Origin: a virus
IMG/VR virus record: IMGVR_UViG_3300033994_001756
Span: 96,001-160,000 of that record
Strand: one strand, 5' to 3'
Length of the DNA stretch: 64,000 bases
The translations under genes were made by a program, and so were the position numbers. Under the pieces are notes generated by a model that did not search any database, was not told where the DNA came from, and worked only from the letters and a program-made list of their open reading frames with translations. This document shows positions 33,944 through 46,300 of this stretch, in pieces (positions within the stretch are counted from its first letter, which is position 1; every line of letters begins with the position of its first letter).

Positions 33944-34279
33944 TTGAAAAATTTAGGAAAGCATTGTGTCGCAGAACTCTATGGATGCGATCACACCATT
34001 CTCGATAATGAGAAAATTTTAAAAGAACTCATACGAGAGTCTATTGATATTGCTGGCGCAACGTTATTGAATATTTGCTCTCATAAATTTGACCCACAAG
34101 GAGTTACTATAGTAGCTTTATTATCAGAAAGCCATATTTCAATTCATACTTGGCCAGAATCTGGTAGCTCCGCATTAGATGTATTTACATGCGGAGATTC
34201 TAAACCAGATTTAGCACTTTTGCACATCATAAATTTTCTAAAGCCTACAGAATATAACATGAACTGTTTTGACAGGTAA
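33944..34279 (+). CDS. speD: S-adenosylmethionine decarboxylase proenzyme
   Basis: HKFDPQGVT..LSESHISIHTWPE..DVFTCG. Confidence 0.93.
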   Translation: MKNLGKHCVAELYGCDHTILDNEKILKELIRESIDIAGATLLNICSHKFDPQGVTIVALLSESHISIHTWPESGSSALDVFTCGDSKPDLALLHIINFLKPTEYNMNCFDR

Positions 34280-34284
34280 ACGTG

Positions 34285-34292
34285 TATAAATA
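34285..34292 (+). promoter_or_regulatory. T4-type late promoter
   Basis: TATAAATA upstream of the giant structural gene. Confidence 0.7.
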
Positions 34293-34324
34293 AATCTAGT
34301 TTTAAAGCCCCTCTAGGTAATCAT

Positions 34325-37300
34325 ATGGCTCTAACTAGAATTACATCTGGTGGTATTGCGGAAGGCGTTGTAATAAAGTTTGATCAAAATAATAGCCCAA
34401 CAGCTCCAGCTATTGGATTTGAAGGTGTAGGTAATACTGGAACTGGTATTTACAGCCCAGCAAATAATGAATTAGCTATTTCTACAGATGGTCAAACACG
34501 ATTGACCTTTAAACCTGATGGTAAAATCATTGCAGGGAATGGAACTATTCTAGGTGGAACAAACCCAGACTTTGAGAATGCAGAGAATATCACTCTTTAT
34601 GTAAACCAGTCTGACAAAAATGCTACCGACCTAGAAGATAATGATGGTGGTAATTTAAATAGACCATTCAAAACTATTGAAAGAGCATTACTAGAGGCAG
34701 CAAAGAGAAGTTATAAACCAAACCCAACTGCGATTTCCGTAAGTACATTAGAAGTTGGTAAAGCATATACTATTGTAAACGCAGGCAATACTGATTTTGT
34801 TTCTATTGGTGCATCGTCTAATACTGCTGGTGTATCTTTCATTGCTACCGCACAAGGAAATGGAACTGGTACAGTAGTTCTAAGCAATGATAAGTTTGAG
34901 GCATTTACCATTATGGTTCTGCCTGGTCAATATGAAATTGACAACAGACCTGGATATGATATTACTACCAACCCGCTATCTGCAGGAACTGCTGTTGCAA
35001 TTGATGCAGAGCCATTTAGATTTAACCCAAGAAATGGTGGCGTTATTGTACCTAGAGGTACTTCAATTGTTGGTTATGATCTCAGAAAAACTGTTATCAG
35101 ACCTAAGTATGTTCCTTCACCATTTTCAATTGATGGAAGCATAACCAGTGATGGATATATTCTGTACCATACCATGTATGATGGTGCAAATATGGTTGAA
35201 AAGAATCGTGGTTATATTCAAGAGCAAACTAAATTATATCTTCAAGGAAATCAAGCTGGATATAATGGTTTAAATGATGCTCAAAAGAATCTATGTATTC
35301 GTGATATTGGCTATTTTATTGATGCTATTGTTAAAGATTTAAGGCAAGGTGGCAACGAGAATACCTTCAATAATGCAGAATATTATATTGATGGTAATGG
35401 CTACAGAACACAATTCTTGAAGTCTGGTGATAGTGATTTATCTCAAGAAGTTGCAGCTACAGTAGCCGCATTTAATCATGCGATTAGCATTATGAGATTT
35501 ATTACAAAATCTTATAATGATAGTAGCATTACATATTCAGAAATTACTTCTGGCAAAACTATCAACAGAACTACATTCTCTGCAGGAAATGGATATGTTT
35601 CCGATGGAGATTGTTCTGCTGTAGTTAATGCTGTAGCAACTTTAGGTGCTATTGCTACTGGAATTCTCAACAATCCAGATGATTACACTAGAGAAGCAGT
35701 TACAGTAACTCTTGTTGGTGGCGGAACTGCAACTGTAAAGCTCAGAAAAACTCAAGGAGTATTTAATCAAACCTCAATCTTTAAGGTAACTGGTGGTTGC
35801 TACTTCTGGCAGATGACCTTCAAGGATGCTGTTGCAACATCATCAAAGCCAATTTATAATGGAGCTTCATTTGATTCAAATGGAATTCCAACATTCAGCA
35901 CTACCACTGATTCAAAATATTCTCACCATAGAGTTGTTGCATTTACATATGCGGATCAAAGAACAACTGATGGTGAACTAGATCAGTACTATAAAAAAAT
36001 TGATGCATGGCAGGGAAGACCAGATACATCTCAAGTAAGACCAGAAGAATATACTATCGTTGGTGATGGAAGTAAGAATAGCACTATTGATACTGTTAAT
36101 TCTTGCTCACCATACATTTTTAACTGTTCACTACGTTCTGTCTTTGGTATGTGCGGTATGCATACTGATGGCAGTAAGGTTGCAGAAAACAGCTTCAAGT
36201 CCATGGTTGTTGCACAGTTCACTGGTATTTCTCTACAAAAAGATAGAAGTGTATTCATTCAACCTAAAGATTTACAAGGAGATACTAACGTAACTCCATC
36301 TCCAAACACAACCACATTATATAATGATGATGATGAATCTACTACTGCAAAACCTCCAGTATTTGCAGATCCAGACGCAGAATATAAGCCAGAATGCAGA
36401 CACTTCCACATCAAAGCATCCAATGGTGGATTCATTCAGGTAGTTTCTGTGTTCGCAGTTGGATATGCTGATCAATTCCTTGCAGAAACTGGTGGTGATA
36501 TGTCTATCACCAACTCCAACTCTAACTTTGGTCAGATTTCACTTCGTGCAAAAGGTTCCCAGTTTAATTCCTTTGCTCCAGCATCACAAGGTAGAATCAC
36601 TGCAGTAGTTCCACCTAAAGGAATCTCACCAACTCTCAATGATGTAAGTTTCTATAATATTAATGCTGGTCCAACTTGGGGTCCAAGTACATTCGCAACA
36701 AGTGAAGAATTAACTCCAGCAGTATTAAGTGCTCTTGCAGGTTTCACTAACTCAAAATATTTTAGTCTATATCTTGAAACTGGTGCAACTAATGAAGATA
36801 GTATTCCAGAATTAATTGTTACTAGTACAGATAAAGTTACCGGCAATAAAGTAACAAAACGATTCCTAAGTTATGGAACTTCAAATCAATACTCACTTTT
36901 CCGTGATTATTATCAAGTTACTGGAATTTCTCCAGAATCATCTAGGTATATTAACTTAGAATTAGAAAGTTCTACTGGTGGTGAACCTAGTAAATTTAGA
37001 GCAAAGGTAAAGATATTCGATCCAACTGATATTCCAGATGAAGATAATCCAAAAGTTAATAATGTTCCAACAACAAAGAATGCAGAAAGAGTTGGATATT
37101 TCTGGGATAATAATGGAGTATATTTAAAACTAGATTATACTGATGCAGATACTAGAAAATTCCTAACTGATTTTATCTTTTCATTCAATGAAGAAAAATC
37201 ATTTGATTTTGTAACTAAATTTAATCCTGGTGATGGTTCAGCTACAACTGCACTTGAAGAAGTAACTAGAAAACTTTTAAGATATAAGACTGGATTCCCA

Positions 37301-40300
37301 TCAACTTTAACAATTAAAAAATACTTAGATACTAGAACATCTGCACCTTCAGAACTATTATGGAAGCTTGAATATACTATTCCAAAATACTTAAGTAGTA
37401 ATGCAATTCCAAAGGCACCAGAGAAAAGATTTATTATCAAAGGAACTAGAGCAGGTAATGGTGAAGATGGAATTCCATACTCAGACTATAGATTTATGGT
37501 ATGGGATGTTCAAGAAGTTACTTCTTGGGAAAAAGATGTTAGAGATGGTGTATATTATCTAACTGTTATTAGATGTGACGTAAATAAGTTTGCTGATTCT
37601 TCCGCAAATTCACCGTCTACCATCGAAAGGAGACCTACTGGAATTGATGCTCCTGGAACTGGAACTACTACAACATCATTTAGTTCTACATTTATTGAAG
37701 AAGTTAATAACTTTGATAAAGATACTAAACTATTCACAAATATAAATTATCTATATCCTTCTGTAAATGAAGAAGGTCCAGATTATGATACTAGAAGAGT
37801 TTGGAATTTCCCACAAGCAGATTCTCGTGTATTACTTGAAAATATTGGCCAGGGAAATAGAATTAAAGATATCTCTGTTCCAAACTTTAAGAGTTTTAGA
37901 ACAACTGATTCTACTACTCCATTTAAAGATATTCCATCTTTATATTCAGTTACTGCAGAATCTGTTCATAGATTAGTTCAAGCACTAGATCTAAGATATA
38001 TCACATCTTCTAATACTATGGCCACTACAGGTGGTGGCCCAGATAACTCTGGTAGAGTATTCATTGCCCCAGTTGCACCATGGGATTCTAGAACTTCTCA
38101 GTCTGCATTGGGGTATACTTCAAGTTCAACTTCTTTTAATGTATATTCTAGTTCAATTAGATTTGGTAGAGGTCCTGCAGGATCAATAGTTACCGAAGCA
38201 TCAAAAATTACAGAGTATAATAATTTTGGTGTTAACTTGGATGCTGCGGATAGAAGAATTATCGTTACTTCTCCTGGCTATGTTGTAAATTCCAATACTA
38301 TACAAGCTAGTAGTGATGCCAATCAAACTGGACTGACTTATGCTCCATTATTACCACTTTATAGACCTTCTATTCTCCGTGCATCTTCACACACTTGGGA
38401 ATATATTGGTCTTGGTTCTGGTAACTATTCAACTGGCTTCCCAAATCTACAAACAAGAGTTCTTAAAATCTATGAGCAGTTTATTGCTCAGGGCTATGAA
38501 AATTCTGGTGGATTTATTGCATCATCTGGTACAAACTCTGCTGGTGATTTCTATATTGGAAACCAAATCATTCAAGCTGGTGGTACTTCTACAGTAACAC
38601 TAAACGTACCAAAGCTTCGCAAATCATCAGAATCTAATTATCTAGATATTGACAATATTGAAAACCGTATCTCAAATGCAGTTGTCAATGTTACCGATAC
38701 TGCTGATGGCTCTGGGGCAAATGCAAATCAGAGTGCATTGAAAGAACTATCCAACTTCTTCAACATTGCAAAGCTAACCGTTAGCGACAAAGCAAATATC
38801 AATAACTTGATCATTGGAGAAAGACTATTCATTGACAGAGCTGAAATTAATAATTCTGCATTCTTCCCAGAAGGTAATACTAATGCATATGGTTTCGTAA
38901 AAGCTGCTAAACCTGAAAAAACTGGTTTTATTTCAACTGATACTAACGATAAACTATATGTTTCTCCTAAGTACCTTGATGCATGGAGAGTAAAGAGGCA
39001 ACTCATTTCTGCTCAAGCAGTTACACTTGATAACAACAGAGTTTATGTTCAACCATATCTACAAAACTCTGTCGATTCATATAAATCAGTAAATGGAAAG
39101 AAAGTAGCTGATGCAATTACATTTACAAATACTGTAGTAAATGATGTTACTTGGTCAACTAGTTCAGTAATTAAACTAGCATTCACTGAAAGTTCTGGTA
39201 TTCCTTCTTATGGTAAAATTGATATCGAAATGAATTTAATCGGTCTAACTGTTACCGATTTTTATGTTGATGGATCGGGAAATAAAATTTACTTCAATCC
39301 TGTTATTAATATCCCACTTCAATATCAAGAAATTGATTATACTGATAATACAGCTGTAATTTCAAATTATCAAAATGGAATTGCATTACCTACATATCTA
39401 AGAAGTTATTGTGGCAATGGAACTTATACTTCCATAATTAAAAACTATCCATCTATCATTGCTACTGGTGGAAATTTTGGAACAGATGCATCTGAGGGAG
39501 ATATTAAATATCTAACCGCAAAACTTGCAAGTAACTTCACCAACAATAATGATATTAACGTATTAAATACTTCAACATATAAAGATCTGCAGGTTACTAT
39601 GACTGCAGATGAATATCAACAATGGCCAAATAGAGGTTGCATTTCATTAAGAGAAGCTCCTAAAGGAGGAACATATAAAATTGCTACATTTGCATATTAC
39701 AAAACTGGACACAATAGTGGAACTAATGTTGCAACATTTAAACTAACTAAAAACGTTGGAGAAGGAACTAATACTGCTGGAACTAGCGCCCAATTTACAA
39801 CTGACTACGAAAATAATTATCCAGGAATTGCATCTAAAAATGTATTCTTCTTTGGATGTAGTACTCAGGTCTATTCTTCTGATAGATGGGCAGCCGAATC
39901 TCCATTCATTCCACCTCTAGATCCAACAAAGGGTGTAGTAGAGGAAGTTAATATTGAAGATGCAATTCTGTACACTAGCCCACAAAAATCTCTTCCAGTT
40001 GCAGTAACTCTTGATCAAGATTGGTTTGATAAGAATTTACCTAATCCATATAGCTCTAAAGCTCTTGGTGTTAATATTCAAGAAAGAAGAGCAGTTAAGA
40101 AATTTAGCCCTCTATTCTCATTCTCCCAGGCAAAGCAGTGGGCAGAAAACTCTGGATTTACTTCTGCTGATGAACTAGAACTTCTTATGAAGCCTGGTTA
40201 TTACAAACTAGATGGAACTCAGTTCCCATGCTCTGTTAAAATTAATGGTACTGGAGTTGCAAATAGCAGTGTATTTGCTGGTAAAGAGCGTACTCGTACA

Positions 40301-43300
40301 TCTGCAGGTAGAATGGGTGGATACCTAGAAGATACTGTCCGAAGAGGAGATAGCATTTATCTTTATCGCTCTCCCGAGTTTTACACACAATGGGGATTTG
40401 GAAATGATGCAATGTATGTAAATGTGAGTGGAGGACTTGGTGCAAATGGCTCATTTAATGTTAATAATGTACATTTCCTTGGATTAAATGAAGCGATTAC
40501 CAAGAGTGAAATTCCTGACTCCATTTATACCTCCAATCCGGTTCTTCAAAATGCCAGAAGAGTAGTAAGAAGAGCATATTATATTAAAGGAAAAATTAAA
40601 TCAACTCCATCATTGAATACCATCAACAGCACTGGAGTTGACGGTGCAATTGAAGTGATTGCAAATGTTTCTACTGGAACTGGAGTAAACGCTTTACTAG
40701 TACCAAGTGTCAATAGTATAGATATTGTAAATGATATTGCAGATAATGCAAATTATTATGAATTAAACTCTGCTACTATTTCAAATAGTCGTTATTTAGT
40801 AGTAGTACTGAAGCAAAGTGACTTTACTGCGGAACAATTTGACCGCATGAGAAAATATATCATTCCAGGTACAACCATGTATTGGTTGGCAGAGAATGGT
40901 AAAGTAATTAAACTATCAGATGAAGCTACTGTTGAAAATCTATCCAAGTCTACTAAAGTTCTAAGTGTCAGAAGAAAGAACGCTGGTCTCAATACAGAAG
41001 AAATTCAGGTATTAATTTCAGTATATCGCACTGCAGGTGGCAATAATGGCAATAATGCAAGTTATACTAATCCCGTAGAAGATTTAGATCTAGAAGGATA
41101 TACATCTGGAAAGAGAAAACTAGTCTTCCTCAATGAAGATGGAGCAGAATTTACCACACTTGCATACAACTGGGCACTTGAAACTAGAAGGCAGTTCCTT
41201 CCAAAAGGATTCATGCATGAAGGTGGTTATCAGTCAGCAATTATTAAAACAGTAGTTTCTGGTGGAGCTAGTGGAACTAAAACAATTACATTAGACAATG
41301 TTGAATCAATTTTAACAGGGGACAAAATTGTAGCTTTAGATTCTGCTGGCAACAATTTAATTCCAGTTGGAACAAGAGTAGAGACTATTGTAGGAAATGT
41401 AATTACATTAACTGATAACATTACCACAAGCATCCCTGCTCAATCATTTGTATCATTTACACAGTTTAATATTTTTGGTGATGAGATTACTAAGTATGAT
41501 ATTCCTGAAATTTATGGTATCATACGTGGTTCTGAAGAAGGATACATTTCACTTATAATTGATAGAAATCCAAACTATGAAGTTGATAATTCCATTCAAC
41601 CTTATCCATATGGTGCTGGTTCATTCTCAGAATATCCAACTCAATTAATTCAATTAAAAACAACACCAACTTCAACTACAACTAATTATGGTGCAGCTGA
41701 AGATGTTGCTATTGCTACAAACAGAAAGAAAGCTCTTCCATTGAGACGAAATGGTTTCACTGAAACTAGATATCTTGTTCTTGATATTGCTCCTAGAGAA
41801 TTTGGCGCTATCCCTGCAGGAAATGCATCAAATCCAAACGCAGCTACATCTATTGATTCATTTATTGAGAATGCTGGAATTTCTAAGACTATTCTAACTC
41901 AGTTTGCAAACTATGATAACACCACTCTGCAATTTGGTGGTGGTATTGGTAAAGGATTTGTACAGCCAACTATAAACTTTAATAATATTACTATTGCTGC
42001 TAATGCTGAGTTTACAATTGGAAGTAATGATATTCAAAGTGCAATTAATACTGCATTGAATTCTGCAGGAAGCCTCACAAATACTAGAAGTTACAATGAT
42101 AGGCTATTTGCATCTTTAGTATCTAATGGAGGAACTTCATCTAATGTTGCGTTGTATGCAACTATTAATGTTAGCACTGGAGCTATTACTTCAGTTATGG
42201 CGTATAGACTTAACAGTACTCAACAAACTACCATTAATGGTTCATTTAGAATTCAGATTAATGATGGTAGAGGATTTATTCTTTCTCCTACAGGAAGAAC
42301 TGTATCATTATCAGATAACCAACTATCTGCTGACGACTTTAAAGTTGTTGCAAAGCAAAATCTTCTATCTGCAATTGCTACTACTCCAGATACTACAGGT
42401 GGTGGATCATCTCCATATCTAGATTATGTTAGAAAGAGAACAACTGGTCCTGGAGCAAATGTAGATGATGATGCACTAACTGCTAGAGGTAAAAAGATAT
42501 TTCTATCTTGGCCATATGCATATAGAGCACTCAGAAGAAGATTCCCATCTGCAGGATTCCCTGTCAATGGTAACTATCAGAGCAGCCTAATTACCGTAAA
42601 TGCAATTCCAGGATCTGGGTTCACATTAAACCTAACTGGGGTTACAATTGGTGCTCAATCTCCTGCTTCTGAAGCTGCAAATACATTTGGTGGAGGATAT
42701 CGTGGAGGACTGATCAAGTGTAGAGGTTCTAAACTAACCCTAAATGGAACTAGATTTAGAGGAAATCTATCTCTTGATTGGACTGGATTGTTTAGTGGCA
42801 ATTCATCTAGAGTTGGAGGTAGCTTCATTGCTGGGCACTCTATTGAGATGTTCCAGATGGAAGATCAGAATGAATTTACTCAAATGGGTGGAGATTTACC
42901 TGCATATGCAATTGCTACTTCTCCACAAGATGAAGAATTTAGAACTCTATCAGAATATAATCCACAATCAAATATTTACCTAGAGCCATCTAAGGATCCA
43001 TATGGTAGATTATCCGATGGTGATGCTAGAACATTCCCAATTAATACACTACAAGCTATTAGAAGATTTAATAAGTCTTCTCAGGGTGTAGTTCCTTGGA
43101 CTGGAGAAAGTGAAATTCCTAAAGGAGGATTACTGACAAAAGTTGCATTGAATGAAAGATATCAAACTCCTAATAAAATTTATTATGATGCTCCAAACGG
43201 AACTCCAACTGGAAATCATATTCCTACTGCATCTGGAAATAGTTCTGCTGTATTATTAAGATGGAATGATGGCACTACAACCATCACTTCTAGTTCTCAA

Positions 43301-46300
43301 TTGTCAATGCCTACATCTGTAGTTTCATATGCACAATTAGAACCTAAGACATTATCATTCTTCTATGCAAACAATGAAGCAGGTGAAGATATTATTAGAA
43401 ATATCTTCGTTGGTAGGAATGCAAGTAAATTTGTTAAATTTGATAACATTGAAACTACTTACGCAACAGCAACTAAAGTTATTACCACTGGGGATACATT
43501 CTTTATCAATTCTAGTACTGGAGCTGTAACTAGAGCTGGAGCTGGACAATCAGGAGATTATAAGTTTGTAAAAATTACATATTCCGGATCTTTCTCTGCA
43601 CTATCTAAAGTTAATTCAACAAAGATTGATATTAATGTTAACTATCTAAGTTCAATTAGATATAACTATGTTGCAACTGCAACTTCACGTTATCAAAAGA
43701 CTATTGTAGGAACTAACTCAAGATTAATTCTTTCCCAAGATGATAACGTTATTAGATACTCTGAGCCAGCTAACTTAGCAATCTCTAATATTGATTCTAC
43801 ATTTACAGTAGCAAATGCTAGCAGATCCACAATTTATGAATTGAGAAATGTCACAAGACCTTCTGCAACATCTGGTAAAGTTGTATTGTCTACAAATAGC
43901 AGTGGAAAATTAACCAGCCTAGATATCATTTCTATTGGTAGTGGACATCTCAAGAATGATGTATTTGAAATTTATAGTGGAGCTACAAAAATCTCTAATA
44001 CATTTACAATGACAGTTAGAGATAATTACAATGAAGAATTACTTGAACTATTTGAAAATGGTGAATTTAAAGTCATTCTTCCTAACAATTGCTTTATTGT
44101 AAATAGTGTAGAAAATCCAACTATTGCTTCAAATCTAAAATCTCAGATACTAAAATCTAAGTCTATATTTAAGCCTGGTGGATATATTTTATATAATAAC
44201 ATTTATTACAAGATCGCTGTTAATAATCCTACAACTAACAGTCCATACATAGGTGTATACAAATATATCAATGAAACTAACACCTCTGATATTAGAGCAG
44301 ATATTGTAGTGATGTTAGAAGATTCTGAGTATTCTCCAACATATCCAAGCAATACAAGATTTGATGTCTTTGATTATGACAATATCCTAGATTATTGGCC
44401 TGCAACAGGAAGAATTGTAATTGGTAATCGTGAAACATGTGACTTCACAAAGGCCGGAAATTCATCAGATCCTAAGGGATATGAGCTTCGTCTAACAAGA
44501 AGCATGACCAAGTACTGGCCACATTACATTCGTGACTGGGAAGGTCTAGATCCAAACAATTCTTCTGATGCTACTGTTACCGTTGATAGTGTTATTCCTA
44601 CTACACTTACATTAGCAGATCCAGTAGATGTAACTTGTTATGGAATTAAGAGATTCAATGCTACAGGATCTGGAAATAACATTGAAGGTATTACTTATGG
44701 TGGATCATCTACATATGTAACTCCTACTGGAATTGTAGCTAATAAACTTGCTAAAATATCAATTAGTTCTACTACTGATGCACAAGGATTACTCGCTGAC
44801 TTTGAAAAACTTTCAATTGGTCAGACTGTTACTATTCCATATAGAGATATTTCAAAGCCTGCTGTAAGTGGACAAGCTGCAACTAACTGGAATGCAGTCG
44901 AAATTGTTGTTGGCGATCCTCAAAATACAGCCGCATCTAACATCTCAAGTAATAGAGAAGGTGATAGACGTATTAGTGGAAGTATTGCATATAGAACTTC
45001 AGGATTTAAAGCTGTATTTTATAAGCATACTTATAATATTCATGCAACTAATACTCAAGATACCTCAATTTATCAGTATATCAATCCTCTTGTTTCTGCA
45101 AACTTAAGTTCCGCAAGAGATTCTTCTGTTGAGCAACTTCACCCAGGTGGATTTAGGAGATGGGGATATCTCGGTGCTATAAGTGGATTAAATGCAAATG
45201 CTGGCCAAAAAGCTCTCACAATTTCTTCTGCATTCGTAAGAAGTATGCAAAGAATTTCTAGTGCTGCAACATTTGTAGCTACATTTGATGCAATTGATAC
45301 CCCAAATGATCCATATGAAAGATTAATGACTGTTTCTGCCCAGCCATCATTTGGAGCAATCACAAAAGGTCAACCTTTATACTTAAATTCAAATTATACT
45401 AACTTGATTGGTTATGTGGTTGGTATGGATGGAGATGTCCGCTCATTAGATGATGGAACATATGAAGATTCTATTAATCTATCTGGAAATGGAGGAATTG
45501 GAACCTACAGAGTTCTACTTGTAGAAAATCCACCAGCACTAACTGGAAATGTGACAGTATATGGACAAAAAAATTCAACAGATTGGTTATATTATGCTCC
45601 AAACAATTGCTGTTGGATAAATAATGTCGATTATAAAGTTGTAAATTCTGATAATACAACAACTGTATATCTAAACAATAATCTAGTTGATCCTGATGGA
45701 GGAAGAAATCCTGGAGATAATCCTCCTGGCGATGGTAGCGCAAGCACACTTTCAATCGCTGCAGGTTCTAATATTGTATTCTACTATAGTGGTTATTATG
45801 ATAATAGTATAATTTTAACTCTAGATAAACCATTGACTAAAGCTATTCCAGAGGGAACGAAATTTAATATTGCACCTACACCAGACTATGGTTATAATAA
45901 TGACTATGGACATCCTGGAAAGGGACAAAATAATTCATTCCTATTCAAGTCAAGAATTCTTGATCTGGAAAAGGATGGCACAAATGGCAAGATTAATGTT
46001 TACCTTGCAGATCCATTCCCAACTGCAAATTGGAACCGAGATTCATCCGGAGCATTACTAGCGGATGGTTCAACCACATCAAGTCCAGTTAAAACTTACG
46101 GTATGATGTACATTAATCATGGTGGATGGACTTATCCTAAGACTGGTGGTAGTGCATTCCGTGCAAATAATATTAAACTTGCTAATGCAAATGCTAGTGA
46201 TTCAGTATTCTGCACTGAAATTTATCTTCCAAATAGAAGTGGTAGAGTTAGAGCTGGAGATTTACTGTCATACACTTGGGAAGATATCTACAGAATTCAA

